NCBI GenBank assembly: GCA_964016885.1
Contig: OZ024741.1
Coordinates: 140,678,001-140,742,000 of the forward strand
Reading direction: 5' to 3'
Length of the DNA: 64,000 nt
Origin: Eledone cirrhosa
Taxonomy: Eukaryota
The notes below the pieces were generated by a model. The model was not told where the DNA came from. It searched no databases and saw only the letters and a program-made list of their open reading frames with translations. Positions 1 to 13,195 of the stretch are shown in pieces (within the stretch, counting starts at the first letter, position 1; the number at the start of each line of letters is the position of its first letter). Position numbers and translations under genes: made by a program.

Positions 1-454
1 ACATCCACTCAAGAAATACCTTTGAATTCAAGATAGTAGTTTCACATTTGCAGACCCTTTTTTTTCTTATAGACGGAAAAAAAACCCCTAGATGAAGTGA
101 AATTTAGGGTTCATCTCTCTGCAGGTTTAACTGGTCTCATACAAGGTGGTTTCACGGATTTAATAATGGTAGGGACCCCATATTGTTTGAAATACTGTGA
201 GATTCTATCGAGGAACCATAATATTTCCGTATTTTAAACGAAAACAAATAATAAATACTGCGCAAAAAGAGACATTACAACTGAAAAGGATATCAGTAAT
301 AGTTTATAATGGGATTAAACCGCAGTAATCTCACAGAATCTGCAGAAATTTAATTATTGAAATCTGTGGGAAGGAATTTTAATGAGGCAAACGTAATGTT
401 GAACTTATTCCCTAATTAATTATCTGAATACTCTGATAATATATAAGTTGTGTG

Positions 455-600
455 GAAGACGATGATTCGGTTGATTCGTAGGATTGAATGCCATGTGGTA
501 TTCTGTGTTCTCCCTACAAATCCCACCGATGTCAGTTTGCATTTCATCATCTCAAGATTGATATATATATATATAGCCATCCCAGTACTGTGGTTTATCG
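455..600 (+). mobile_element. Old degenerate tRNA-derived SINE (family 1-like)
   Basis: caaatcccaccgatgtcagtttgcatttcatc resembles the B-box and downstream core (ttcaaatcccgccgaggttaactttgcctttcatc) of the younger copies in this window. Confidence 0.45.
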
Positions 601-3600
601 ACACCTCTCTCTCTCTCCCTAGCCCCTCTTTCTCCCCTACCCCCTATATCACCCTACCCCCTTTCTCTCTATGTATCCCTCTCTCTCTCTCTATACCCCT
701 CTCTCTCTCCCTTAATGGTTCTCTTCACATTTTCTTGATATAGTCTGTTGTGCACAGACCTGGAGGGCACGCTGTGTATCCTGACAACACCCCTATATTA
801 CCATCAAGGGGGCCGAAACAATACAAGAATGCGTGAAAAATATGCGTGAAAAAAGAAAATATTGTAGCAATGTTCATGTCTGTGTTGGGGTAAGAAAATG
901 TTCATTTGAAACCAGATACATTGAATGCAAAAAGTGAATCTTTCTTTTTTTTATTTCTTGCTAAGAAATTACAAGCCATTACGAAATTCCTAGGAATAAT
1001 AATTCTTCTGAAACTTTACGTAGTACATTTTCTAGTGATTAAACGTGATTCCAGGTTTAAATGCTTAATGAAATATTGGATAAAATCACGAACAACCTAG
1101 CTCTTTCAGTTTCATGGAAATATCCTTACGTTGCTTCAAGTGATATAGCATTACGTATTTGATTGCTTAAATCATTATAAAATGTCATGTTCCCTGTGCA
1201 GAAACTAAACAACGCTCTTTTTAATTTACGGATTATGTCCACATCTCATCATATTGATAATAACCATATAGAATACTTAATGTCTGGGGATAAATTATCA
1301 TTATTTCTGGGATAGTGGTTAGGCTGAATTGTTAAGTTACTCAACTTTACTTCACAGTTCAAATCCTCTAGAGTTTGACTTTATTTTCAGAAATCAATGA
1401 CGTAGTACCTATGAAGTTCAGATCAATGTTTTACCTTTTATTTTTATGGAGTTGATAAAATAAACTTCTGATTTCCCATCCACAAAAGAAATGTTCGTTT
1501 GCCTATTTTAGAAAACAATTGGTATAGCTTTATTTTCATGACAGGACTCAAATGTTGAAATACGTATTCAGATTCAATGACTTAAGCATACATGGTATCT
1601 ATTCATAGTCATCACATTGGTAAATTCGTTAAGGCGTTGGAATAAATTCCTATTCATTTGGTACGGTTCAGTGAGCTCTGATTTCAAATTCAACCGAAGT
1701 CAGGATTGCATTATGCCATTCCAGGATCGATAAATAATTTCCAGTGCTAGAGGGGTAATTTGGCAGATTTGTTAAATATTAGTACATCTTGTTTTTTGCT
1801 ATCCGTTCCCCCTAAGTACCTTATAATTTCAAATACTGAATCCTGCCAGAGAATCTTGACCTGTAATCACTATCAGCAATTATGAGGCCAAATTAAGCAG
1901 TTAAGTGTAATGATCGGTGCTCTTTATTTTGCTTAGAAGAATTGTGGGACTATATTATATATTGAATATAAAATACGATCGTTTGAAGAATGTTTATTCT
2001 ACAGATATTAAAAGATGTATGTGCCTATAGCTCCGCAACTCAACCCTATTTAATATAGGAAATATATTGAGAGAAACATAGTGAAATTATTTGCGAATGT
2101 TTTGCGCAATCGTTAAACAATACTTCGTGTTGTCATTCGGTACCTTATCCGGATTTTGTGATGTGCGTTTAGATCTCGCTTCTTTCCACCAGGAGTTGTC
2201 ACCGGCAAATAGTACCAGCTTGCAGAAGAAGCTGATTCGTGGCAACAAAGCAGCTATAAGGATAAGTTATGATGAAGTCAAGGCATGATTATAGCTTCTA
2301 TTCCACGGTGGGAGGATGAGACAGGAAGCCAAGCATATATACCCGTTAACAATTAATTTAGCATAAAATTCTGTTTTAGAAAAACCACATGGTTGTGGAA
2401 TAAACTATTACTAATGGAATCATTATGTTGTCTGCTTAATGATTGTCATCTTTTTGGAGATTACCCATCCGGGAACTATATTGAAAAATTAAATAAAATC
2501 TCATGAAGTCTATAGTACGACACATTCTTATAGTTTTACATTATATTTGCTAATTATGAACTTCTTAGGAGGCTGAGATCATGATCGAATAATCGTAAGT
2601 CCAATTGTCGTGAGCCTTACACCTTATTTAACTCTCGTTCATTTAGCAGCAATATATCTGCTGCTACGTAACTGGTGTAAAACTTTATAGGCTTTTGCCA
2701 AATTCAGTGTCCTGGAGATAGGTAACTTTCATGTATATGTACATTTTGTTTTCCCACTAAAATATATTACCCATGTTTTTGCCTCGGAAAGTCAAACCAT
2801 TAACTAGGCATGTCCAAAATGAACCCATTCCATCTTTCCTCAAAGTTATATTTAATCAGATTTGGTTAACTGGTATAGATAGAAATAAAATGTCATCAGA
2901 TAATCAGCGAAGGGTTACCTATCCACAGTAATAGATGTAAGCATTTCTTTCATGTAAGCATTTCATGGCAAATTTCAGTAGAATTATACACTGAAATCTA
3001 CATATGTTGAGATACTGTCTACATGATTAAACATGCTAGAAACCAAGTCTCTAAATATAGAACACTAATTTATTAACTTTATCCCGTCCTCTATTGCAAT
3101 GTGATTTTATAACATCAATTGTTATTTTAATAAACAATACACCAATGCTTTTAATGTCGTAAATTATGAAACTATGTTTATTATGCATTTATTACGGTGG
3201 TGACGGATGTTTAATAATCAAGCATTATTATAATATTAAGTTCCCTACACATACACGCTGTGTAATTTCATCTTTAATTCGTAACTTATCTTTCTAAGAG
3301 TGCAATATATTTATTTTAAGGCATTAATCATACATTTTAAACGCGGTGGGTAGGAAAATCCTTAAGTCGAGGAAGAAACTGTTTTACGTCACTTAGAATC
3401 TGATTACAAATCTCGACGAAGTCAACTTTGCATGTCAGCCATGTGGTGTCTATAAAATAAAGCAGCAGTAAGAAAATGGAGCTTACCTTGTGTCTAAATG
3501 ACAAATCATTAATTATATTACTTAAAAGATATTTTAGAATTTAGAGGCTGTTTATGTGAGCAAAATATGTTAGATAATTTGTTTGTGAAATAATAGTTAA

Positions 3601-4669
3601 GGTATTGATGGGTGTTGGCCGATTACATTGAATATATATTCCTGTTTTACGGTTGAATACTTTTGATGAGATGGCAGCTGTTTCTGTCGATAGAGGAATA
3701 TGTTTTTATTACAATCAAGTTATGTTCGTATTTATACACAACGCAGAATTATTTTAAGCAAGAAACATAACTGACACGTTCTTTTGTTTTATTTTTTTTT
3801 TCTACAAACACTCGCGAAATGCAACTGTACTTAAATATTCAAGACTGCTATTTAATCAACCTGATGTATAAAGCATACAATTTATATTTCACATTACGAT
3901 TCTCTGCTGCCATCTGGGATTTTAACAGTTAATACACGGAAGACATGTTGTCAATACTAATGGCAAATATTTGAAAATATACAATTTGTTGAACATTTCC
4001 TAACTCGAGAAAGATTGGAAATGCACAGAGAAAACTATAAAAGCATGTCTTTCTATCATATATTAGAAACTGTTGGGAAAATGTTTACGGAGAAATGATG
4101 TATGTTGTTGTATTCAAGTGAAGTAATTTTGGAGAGCAAAACAGCCCAATCAGAATGTCACAGTTACTTAAACCTTCTTACTGTACATTTTTAGAGCTGT
4201 CTAAAAAGGAGTGTTAGAAATCCTTATGCATATTGACAAAACTCTTAACTTGATGTGATTAATATTGAAATATACTGCTTTGTTCAATGGAATTTATTCA
4301 TTTTGTTTCGATGTTTTCTTTTACTAAAACACAATAAGATAGACTTAAATACAATATTTTACCAATACAATTGTATATCACATTGGCGATGTTTTATTTC
4401 TTTGTGATAAAATCAACATCTGACTTACATTATGTTGAGCAACGGTTTTACATGACGGACAAATATCATCGCAAACAAATAGCCAAGTAGCCAATAACGG
4501 TAGAAAGCAAGAACAATAATCTACAATCTGACTATGAATTAGCAGGTCCTTTTCACTAATTAATAGGGTTTTTAAAATTCACTCAGCATTTCCGCAGCTT
4601 TCTTTCTCCTTTCACTGGAAAGTTGAATTTATTTCCCTTGTATAATTTTCATTCCAGGCGTAGAGCTAA

Positions 4670-4855
4670 TTATTTGTTTTTACTTTTGGCACAAGGCCAG
4701 CAATTACCCAGTGCATTATTGGTACTTTATTTTATCGACCTCGTAAGGATGAAAGGCAAAGTTAACCTCGGTGGGATTTGAACTCAGAACTTAAAGGGCC
4801 GTAACTCTCTACTACAAAGCATGGTGTCCGACTCTCTACCGATACTGCCAATCCA
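4670..4855 (-). mobile_element. tRNA-derived SINE, family 1
   Basis: Minus strand shows A-box TGGCAGTATCGG, B-box GAGTTCAAATCC, and a 3' end ccttgtgccaaaagtaaaaacaaataatt. Near-identical copies lie at 5.8, 19.6, 46.3, 50.1-50.6 and 60.5 kb. Confidence 0.85.
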
Positions 4856-5029
4856 ATTAATATGCAACGTAAAGATTATTTAGGAAATCAATGTTATTGA
4901 AAAACCAATATATTACCTTTATACACACATATACATATAGAGAGAGAAACATTTTTTTTTATATAAAAAACAAAACAAAAGAAAAAAAAACGAGATGTCC
5001 TTCATGGGTGAAAGTATAAGGAAAAGAAA

Positions 5030-6408
5030 TCGAAAATGCAACTGGAGTCTTTTTAAGAATATTTATTTATTTCCTTTAACGGTTTAAACAGTTCTTATGC
5101 CTTCCAAAAGTAAAATTCAGATGGAGGGTTTGTGGTTTGTCTAGCATCAGATTTGTGTTCGAAAGTTATTTCTGCTTTATGTGGAAAGAGTGGCTCGAAT
5201 TACTTGGGGAGGGGTTAAAGTAATTTGGTTGGTTGATGACTGTCAAATGAATAAGTTCAATGAATTTTGCGCCAGTTCGTGTTCATAAGTTCTTGTATTT
5301 ACCTTAACAATTGCGGCTGAAATTGTTGGGTTTTTTTCTAAGTGCAATATGGTTGGCTGATGAGTGTCACGTGAATAGGTACATCAAATTTGGCGCCAGT
5401 TCATGTTTGAAGGTTCTTTATTGCCATGTGTTGGTCACAGTCACATGATTGGCCATATAATATAGGTGCCAGAAAAGATACTTTGTCATAGAAATTGTGT
5501 GCCAAAGAAAAGATAATGGTCAAGAAATGGGAGGGACAGAAATAGTTCTGGTTCAGTGAGTATGGCTGATATCGTGCTGATGTGTCAAAATTCAGACTTT
5601 CCATTGAAATAAATTGAATGTTTGTGTCGATAGTGGTTGCGGCGGCGATGGTGTTGGGAGGGTTGAAAAGAGAAATATATATTTGTTTATGTGTGTGTGT
5701 GTTTAGCAAAGCGGTTTATCGTGTTGATAATAGAAATAAAAATGATTCCATTTGTAGAAATGGAGGGCAGTGTTATGTGTGTTGGGTTATGGTTAGCATG
5801 TTAAGGTGTTAAAATATTAACTAATATTGTTTCTACATTTGGCACAAGGCCAGCAATTACCCAGTGCATTACTGGTACTTTATTTTATCGCCCCCCGTAA
5901 GGAGGAAAGGCAAAGTTAACCTCGGCGGGATTTGGACTAAGAATGGCAAGGGGGCGTAAATCTATGCGTCAAAGCATGGTGTCCGACCCTCTACCGATAC
6001 TGCCAATCCACCTACAAAATATTAACTAATATTAAACTATATTTAGCTCTGATTTATTATTTTCGAATATAGAGAAGGGTGTTATGTGTATATTATGTAT
6101 GCGTGTATGTGTGTGTGTGTGTGGGTATGCGTGTGTGTATGTGTATGTGTGTGGATGGTTAGCATGTTATTGTATTAACATATTAACGTATATTAAACTG
6201 TTTCATGCTGATCTATATATTTGAATGAACTTATTTTCGTTCATTATTCATTTTTGGTCTATTCTCAGTGCAAAGACAAGGTGGGAAGACTTGGAATTAG
6301 GGTGCCTTATTGTTTGCACATATGTCTAGGTGTCCACTGAATGACATCTTTCTTGTGGTAGGGCTTCGTAATTGTTGGCGATGAACTGTTATTCTGTTTC
6401 TGGGGGTG

Positions 6409-6412
<4 letters not shown>
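5030..6412 (-). mobile_element. Decayed 3' part of a Penelope-like element (GIY-YIG C-terminus plus 3' UTR/pLTR), interrupted by a SINE
   Basis: 6412-6195 minus translates to RNRITVHRQQLRSPTTRKMSFSGHLDICANNKAP*FQVFP, homologous to RQRMTVHRSQIKIREYRKIPLSEHIDTCAAQNHPNFRIFP in the 52.5-53.1 kb endonuclease. The left boundary is uncertain. Confidence 0.7.
5829..6015 (-). mobile_element. tRNA-derived SINE, family 1, with 18-bp target-site duplication
   Basis: Full A/B-box copy flanked by AAAATATTAACTAATATT at 5811-5828 and 6016-6033. Confidence 0.9.
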
Positions 6413-6451
<39 letters not shown>

Positions 6452-6490
6452 ATATTAAATAAATGGAAACTATATTTATAAAACCATATT

Positions 6491-6552
6491 TATTCTATTA
6501 TATATATTTCAAGAGTACCGAATACTTTGGTACGCTTTCATCAGATAAAATA
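6491..6552 (-). ncRNA. Minimal type-I hammerhead ribozyme motif
   Basis: TATTTTAT-CTGATGA-AAGCGTACC aaagtattc GGTACTCTT-GAAA-TATATA-TA-ATAGAATA. Stems I and II pair, stem III is palindromic, and the cleavage triplet is AUA. Confidence 0.8.
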
Positions 6553-6693
6553 CAAAGTGTGTTTTATAAATGTTGACATAGCCAAGGAACATACTTTAAC
6601 TGTTGAAATTGTCCTTGGATAGATTATCCAAGGAAAATTTCAACCGTTAAGGTATGTTCCTTGGCTATGTCAAAATTTATAAAACACACTTTG

Positions 6694-6755
6694 TATTTTA
6701 TCTGATGAAAGCGTACAAAAGTATTCGGTATCCTTGAAATATATATAATAGAATA
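6694..6755 (+). ncRNA. Minimal type-I hammerhead ribozyme motif (mirror copy)
   Basis: TATTTTAT-CTGATGA-AAGCGTAC...GTATCCTT-GAAA-TATATA-TA-ATAGAATA; stem II is slightly decayed. Confidence 0.75.
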
Positions 6756-6895
6756 AATATGGTTTTATAAATATAGTTTCCATTTCTTTAATATCATTGA
6801 ATATTATACTCCAGAAAAACTGTTGAGTGCTCTGAATCAGTTATAAACATTTATATTTGTTGAATTACCAACAGATTGAATATCCCTTCTGCTTT

Positions 6896-7066
<171 letters not shown>

Positions 7067-7213
7067 AAAAAATGAAACGAAATTTCATTTCTCACTCTTA
7101 GTACGGCTGTTACTTAAATATAAGTAACAGTTTGTTTGTAAACAAACATCCCGAATTAAGCCATATAGTGATTAGCAAGCATCGTTGCCCTTTTGTTCAA
7201 CACTAACAAAGGA

Positions 7214-7256
7214 ACGATGTACTAGTTTCAAGCTTATTAGCTATCGTCAGCACCGT
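7214..7256 (-). ncRNA. Minimal type-I hammerhead ribozyme motif
   Basis: ACGGTG-CTGACGA-tAGC taataa GCTt-GAAA-CTAG-TA-CATCGT: 6-bp stem I, palindromic stem III, GUA triplet. Confidence 0.8.
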
Positions 7257-7651
7257 ATACCTTCCTGCTAGATCATTGAACGTCTGAAAGTATATACTTT
7301 CTTTATGCATATTAACGGCTGAGCAGCCTAATTTGCACATCGAGTGAGTTATTCGGTCGGGTGCACCGAAAATGATAAATGGAAAAAATGAAACGAAATT
7401 TCATTTCTCACTCTTAGTGCGGCTGTTACTTAAATATAAGTATGTATACGTACATACATATATGTATACAGACGTACAGTAGTATGTATATATATATATA
7501 CATACATGCAGACATATATACATATATGTGTACGTATGGATTTACCGAACATTTATTATAATGCTCGGTTTGTTTGTAAACAAACATTCTGACTTAAGCC
7601 GTACAGTGTTTGGCAACCATCGTTGCCCTTTTGTTCAACACTGACAAAGGA

Positions 7652-7694
7652 ACGATGTACTAGTTTCAAGATTATTAGCTATCGTCAGCACCGT
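7652..7694 (-). ncRNA. Minimal hammerhead motif, second tandem copy
   Basis: Same as 7214-7256 except for one stem II substitution. Confidence 0.7.
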
Positions 7695-8883
7695 ATACCT
7701 TCCTGCCAGATGATTGAACGTCTGAAAGGATATATATATATATATATATATGAAGAGTTCTTCCCATCATTTATTATTATATAATTCATCCATATTACTG
7801 GATGAATGAATATAACTATAGCATTCGTAAATTTAAGTTAAATTTAATTCATTCAGGGTATAATTAACAGGCAATATTAACATACTTCTTAAAAGGGACC
7901 ATATAGAGACATTATTATTGTGTCCAACAGACGTACTTATTCAATGTTATTTAAATATATTGTTTTCACCAGAAATATCGTCGCTGGTGGATTAATGAGA
8001 ACAATGTTTAACATGAAATATAGTTATCAAACTTCTGGCAAGCCATGATCTCAAAAGGCAACTGATTAGGATAGTGACAAACCATTTGTACGGTTATTTC
8101 CGCGTCCAGGATGATATTTAATATTTTTATCCTTATATTGAAGCCTTCTTGTATGATTCATTCACCACGTCACTTCTGAATGATTTTTCGTACCGTCTTG
8201 TAGCTGATTACAAAAGGTTTTTCTTCGGGATAGAGGTAATTAATGACTGGTTAAGAGCTATTATGCAGCGCAGACATCTTCTTTTATGCATAAACGATTT
8301 AGGACGCACAATTACAAGAAATGCGAGCGAAAATAGTTTTAATGTGTGTATTTTCTCATTTTTACAAGAAGCACATCCGTTACGTGACAATTACCGTTAT
8401 ACAACAATTTTTTACAAATCTGATTTCTTTCACCACCACCGCTGTCTGGATGGACACACATATTGCATATTTCTTGTTATTTCATTATCTTAAAATATGC
8501 CTGTTTAAAACATGTCTGCAATACTACAGGCAACAATTGACCTATCCCATTTCACATTCTTTCCTTTCTACAAGCGAACCTCATAACCTTTTAGTACATT
8601 TCTACACTCTCTTTACTCTTTGATTTAATCTTCCTCAAACCCTAATTGTAATCCTTATTATAGTATAATCTTTTTACTGGGGCCTTAGGAAACATGTGAA
8701 GATGTGACTGATAAAACTATAGTAAATTGTAATTTCCTGATTATGCGGCACCATTACTCAATCCATTTCTCGCTAAGCATACACAAACAAACACATACAC
8801 ACACACACAGAAAGACACACACATTCACACACAGAGACACACACATATACACACACATACACACACACGTACACACACACACG

Positions 8884-8929
<46 letters not shown>

Positions 8930-8959
8930 AGACTTCTATCAGGATATATGACTCAATAT

Positions 8960-9830
8960 TCACTACAATACAGTAACTTCATCAGGTAAGGATCTGTATT
9001 CGGAATCCTTGTTTGGTGTATAGACTTGCACCACACACAGAGACCTGTCTTTCAGCCTAAGCACACAGCTGTCAAAATGTGTGATAAATTGGGATCCAAC
9101 ACATTCTGACAGCTGGGTGCTCGCGAGTATCGTCACACCCTCCTGTGTAGTCACTTCTGGCGCCACACCTGAATAGTAAAGTTTCCATCTTCCATCTAAA
9201 TCTACAGTACCAGAGCCACGGAACATTGTTGTGGGAACCCGAATATATTTAGCCAGTAGCATGTAACTTCCTCCTTTAGATCTTGCTCTTTATCTGTAAG
9301 ATTTATGATGTTCCTTGTTCCAATTGTCAAGGTTTGCTCCCTTCTGAACCCTCTTTGGATCTAAGGGTACCCAAACTTTGTGTGTCTATTATACGCCTGC
9401 TAGGACAGGTCGCAGACCCATCACCAATCTTTGCGGCATGAAATGGAGACTGCAATATATTTTTCAAACAGGCACCTCTACCTAACACCTAAACGCATCC
9501 CTTGATAACACGCGCAGAGGACGATGCGGTATGGGTTTTTTTTATACCACTCACCATGTTCCAGTTTTGGATGTCTTTTTCGCGCCAGTCACCAATCTGG
9601 TACATTCTCAATCCCGCGAAGACTATGCATATTTAGATCGCGGTTTATTCGCCTCCTCGTAGCTACATCACAGGGTTGTGACAGTATTTTTGTGAGCTGC
9701 AGGTATCATACATAACACCATATCCCCTAGTAGTTTACAGCTGTTTGTCTTGTCTTGCTCATTCATCCGGCAGCTGCCCGATTATATCGCAAATATCGCC
9801 ACGTTTAACCCATTCTCTAGCATAACTGAC
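8960..9830 (-). mobile_element. Inverted 5' segment of an RTE-clade LINE (N-terminal APE endonuclease and probable 5' UTR)
   Basis: ORF 8963-9262 (GSGTVDLDGRWKLYYSGV...EGVTIL...VVQVYTPN) matches the RTE apurinic-like endonuclease N-half. The right boundary is inferred from where the + strand part begins. Confidence 0.7.
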
Positions 9831-12223
9831 CACCTGACATGGAAAGGAATAATTGACCCCGATCTAACTACAAACGGAGTGGCCTTATTAGATTTCTTTT
9901 CTAGCAATGGACTCTCTAATATGAACACGTTCTGCAGGCTCAGAGATATCTATAAATATATGTGGTATAAGGGGAATCAGAGACAGGGATGAATAACTGA
10001 TTTCGTTATCGCCTCTGATCTCTTCAATTCTTTGCTGGATGTTCGTGTTAAAAGGGGGGGAGCTGAGCTCTCAGCTAATCGCCATCTAGTTATCTGCAAC
10101 TGGAAACTGCCTAAAGCCATAGCAGCCCCCAAACTGACAGGTCCAGGGCGACCTACAGAATGATGTGGGAAAGGTTGATGGATAAGGAACATAGGAGCAG
10201 GTATGCAGATACTATTGCATTCAAATTCAGCGAACTCCCTGAGAAAACTGAATACATTAAGTCAGAGTGTAGACTGTTCAACTAAGCAGCTTCTGTTTCA
10301 GCTGTTAAATGCTGTAGCGAAAGAGGCTTGGTTTGGCACTGGATGCAGAAGGACTCCTTGGTTTAATGAAGATGTCAAAGATTGAATCTGAGCAAAGAAG
10401 CAGGCCTACAAATGTTGGGCTGGAAATAAGACCTCCTTCTAGCATTTGCGGTACAAGGAGGTGCAAAGAATCGCTGCAGAAACAATAAAGGCGTCCGATG
10501 TTAACACACGGGAGGAATATGGGGTAAAATAGAATCCGATTTCGGATGACCAAATATAGTGTTTTTGCAGAAGAACCGCCGACTTCGTAAGGAGATGTCC
10601 TCATCCACAGCTGCTATTAGGGATACGTCTGTAGTTCTCTCTTGGGTGAGATGCATCCTCGCAAGGTTGAGGAAATATTTTGTTTATCTCCTAAACCAGA
10701 TCACAACATATTTTGATGTACTTGAGATTGTTAAAGAGCTCAAATGTGGCAATCTCACTGGGGAAGATGAAATCCAGCCCGAGATGTAAAAGCCTTAAAT
10801 AGAGAAGGTACTCTTTCGTTGTCCCCTGTGTGTCGGTTGGCCTAGATCTCCGGAAATGCATCTAAGCAATGGCAATCGGCGGTGATTATAATCTCAATTT
10901 TCAAAAAGGGAGACAATTAAAGAGGCATCTCCTTGTTAAGCCTCCCCGGTAAAGTCTACGCTAAGTGTCTGCCAAAAGATGCAGGGAGATCATCGAGTCA
11001 AAGCTAATTGAAAAATGGCGTGGATTTTGTCTCGAATATAGCACGGCCGACGAAATATTCGTGGGAGTATTGCCAAAAGGTATATTCTCGTCCTGTAGGC
11101 CTCGAAAAAGGCATATGACTGCGTTACAGGGACGTGCTGTGGAAGGTTCGTCATGGGTACGGTGTATATAATCACCTTCTTGCTGCCCTGATATCTTGCT
11201 ACGGGTGTCCGAGTATTAGTGTTCAGATAAATGGGGCTAAATCGAAACCATTCAATGTGGGCGTCAGGCCCCGCCGAGGGAGCATACTGCGCAGCCGGTT
11301 TGGAAGTGGTATCACGACTGGCAGGAGTAAAATCAGTCGGTTGAAGTTTGCAGACCATATGGTATAACTCAACTGGACAGAAGGTGATCTCTGACTTACA
11401 CTTGATTGGTTTAATGGCGAGTGCTGCATGTGTGCAAACGAAAATCAATGCTGCCATACCTGAGACACTCTCAATGAAACCTGCGACGTGCACAGTACAT
11501 GTGAATGGACTTCCACTGAAACAGATGGAGAAGCTCATGTATCTCGGGACCGTGTTTACTAGTGATGGAAGGTAAGATGCTGAATTAAGTGAAATAATTG
11601 CAGGAGTTGGTGCGCCGGCCACGTTATTCAGTAATCAGAAGAAGGGAGGTAGAATTAAAGGCCAAACGCGCTATCTTCAATTCGGTATTCCTGCCAACCG
11701 TCACCTATCGTTATGAATCGTTGCGAATGGCCGAAACAATATGGTACCAAATACGAAGCAGCCGAAATGTATTGGAGTCACCTTACTCGATAGATTGCGT
11801 AGCTTGGAGATCAGAGAGTCACGCCAGTTAGAGCTGCTACTTCTCCAAATTGAGATATCACAGCTCCGATACTATGAGCATGTGGTTAGAATGCCTCAGG
11901 AAAACATTGCTGTACAGATTTTACGTGCAAAACCAACAAACAAGAAACCCAATGGTAGACCCCGAGCAAGATAGTTGATTGATATCCATGGCCTTGGAGG
12001 GCTCGCTTGGTGACCTAGCGGGAACAGTGGAGGTGTTTGCTTCTGATAGGGCCCGCTGGAAGGAGTGTTTCAGTACTCTGCTTCCACGACCCTCTCAGGA
12101 AGAAGAAGAAGAAGAAGAAGAAGAAGAAGAAGAAGAAGAAGAAGAAGAAGAAGAAGAAGAAGAAGAAGAAGAAGAAGAAGAAGAAGAAGAAGAAGAAGAA
12201 GAAGAAGAAGAAGAAGAAGAAGA
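9831..12223 (+). mobile_element. Decayed RTE-clade LINE (APE C-half, RT) with (GAA)n tail
   Basis: Fragments TWKGII..NGVALLDF..NGLSNMNTF, RTPWFNEDVK, GEDEIQPEM, GISLLSLPGKVYAK, LKFADHMV, MYLGTVFTSDGR, HVVRMP..GRPRAR; many stops and frameshifts; ends in (GAA)n at 12099-12223. Confidence 0.85.
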
Positions 12224-12630
12224 AATATATGTAGTTCCTGTGTTGTGTAAGGGTGTAAATAGCTACTCCATACATGGATATAGTGAAGGCATCTTCTTTA
12301 TTACTTCTACAGGACTATGAACTCATCAGGAACCTGATGATTTCATACAAATGGCAATTTATTCCTGTAGAAATAACGTTTTTTGAAATATCCAGTTCTG
12401 CGTTTACAGATTGACTTTGTTAGTTTCAGAAGATCCCGTTAAGGGTGAAAGCAGCGATTCTTTGCTTAAACTTCAATCTGTTATTTTAATAAATATATAT
12501 ATATATATATAGTATAGTATATTTGGGAATATACTGTATGCCTAATTAAAATCATTTTGAAGACCTTGCGCTATTATTTTAAAGCAGCGACTATGTCACT
12601 TACTTCTTTTTTCAACAAACAAAGGGAGAT

Positions 12631-12674
12631 AAGCTGACAGATCTGTTTCACACTGTTGGTAATCATCAGAGCTT
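12631..12674 (-). ncRNA. Minimal type-I hammerhead motif
   Basis: AAGCT-CTGATGA-tTAC caaca GTGt-GAAA-CAGATCTG-TC-AGCTT; GUC triplet and palindromic stem III. Confidence 0.8.
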
Positions 12675-13012
12675 AGCACTCGCCGGTGCTTGTTGAAAAT
12701 TATGGAGGTTGGATTCTTATAGAATTCCAGTAATAATCAGGAACTGATTATACAGAGCGATTGCCTGTACAGCAAAAATAGACCTAGTCACTACTTTATA
12801 ATAATAGCACAAGGTCTTCAAATTCTTTTTAATTAAGCATACTGTATATTGCCAAATATACTATACATATATTCATGTATACATCGCTATTTCAGAGCAC
12901 CAATCCTAATTTTACTGGACCGGCAATCGTTCTGTATAAGCAGTTCCTGATTATTACTTGAATTCTATAAGAATCCAACCTCCATAATTTTCAACAAACA
13001 TCGGCGAGTGCG

Positions 13013-13056
13013 AAGTTCTGATGATCACCAACAGTGTGAAACAGATCTGTCAGCTT
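13013..13056 (+). ncRNA. Minimal type-I hammerhead motif (mirror copy)
   Basis: AAGTT-CTGATGA-tCAC caaca GTGt-GAAA-CAGATCTG-TC-AGCTT. Confidence 0.8.
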
Positions 13057-13195
13057 ATCTCCCTTTGTTTGTTGAAAAAAGACATAGTCTTCAAGATGTT
13101 TTGAATTAAGCATACAGTAGATTGCCAAATATACTATGCATATATTCATGTATACATCGCTATTTTAGAGCACCAATCCTAATATATATATACAT

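Larger units (their letters stand above)
6447..6895. mobile_element. Foldback non-autonomous PLE-like element in (TA)n: 353-bp palindrome plus ~95-bp unpaired tail
   Basis: 6447-6621 and 6625-6799 are near-perfect reverse complements with a 3-nt loop. Each arm holds a hammerhead motif, and (TA)n flanks both sides. Confidence 0.8.
12512..13182. mobile_element. Inverted plus partial-tandem hammerhead-bearing element between (TA)n tracts
   Basis: 12608-12780 is the reverse complement of 12908-13080. 12512-12600 is inverted relative to 12781-12865, and 12815-12910 is repeated at 13087-13182. Confidence 0.75.

Noticed and set aside
100-4600. Scattered splice-acceptor-like pyrimidine tracts and short ORFs suggesting host exons
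   Set aside because: No coherent reading frame or recognisable protein; cannot be supported without transcript data.
7750-8730. Possible very old PLE remnant (HFYK..IQQF) with GAAACATGTGAAGAT hammerhead 3' half
   Set aside because: Too degraded; the CUGANGA core is absent and protein similarity is marginal.
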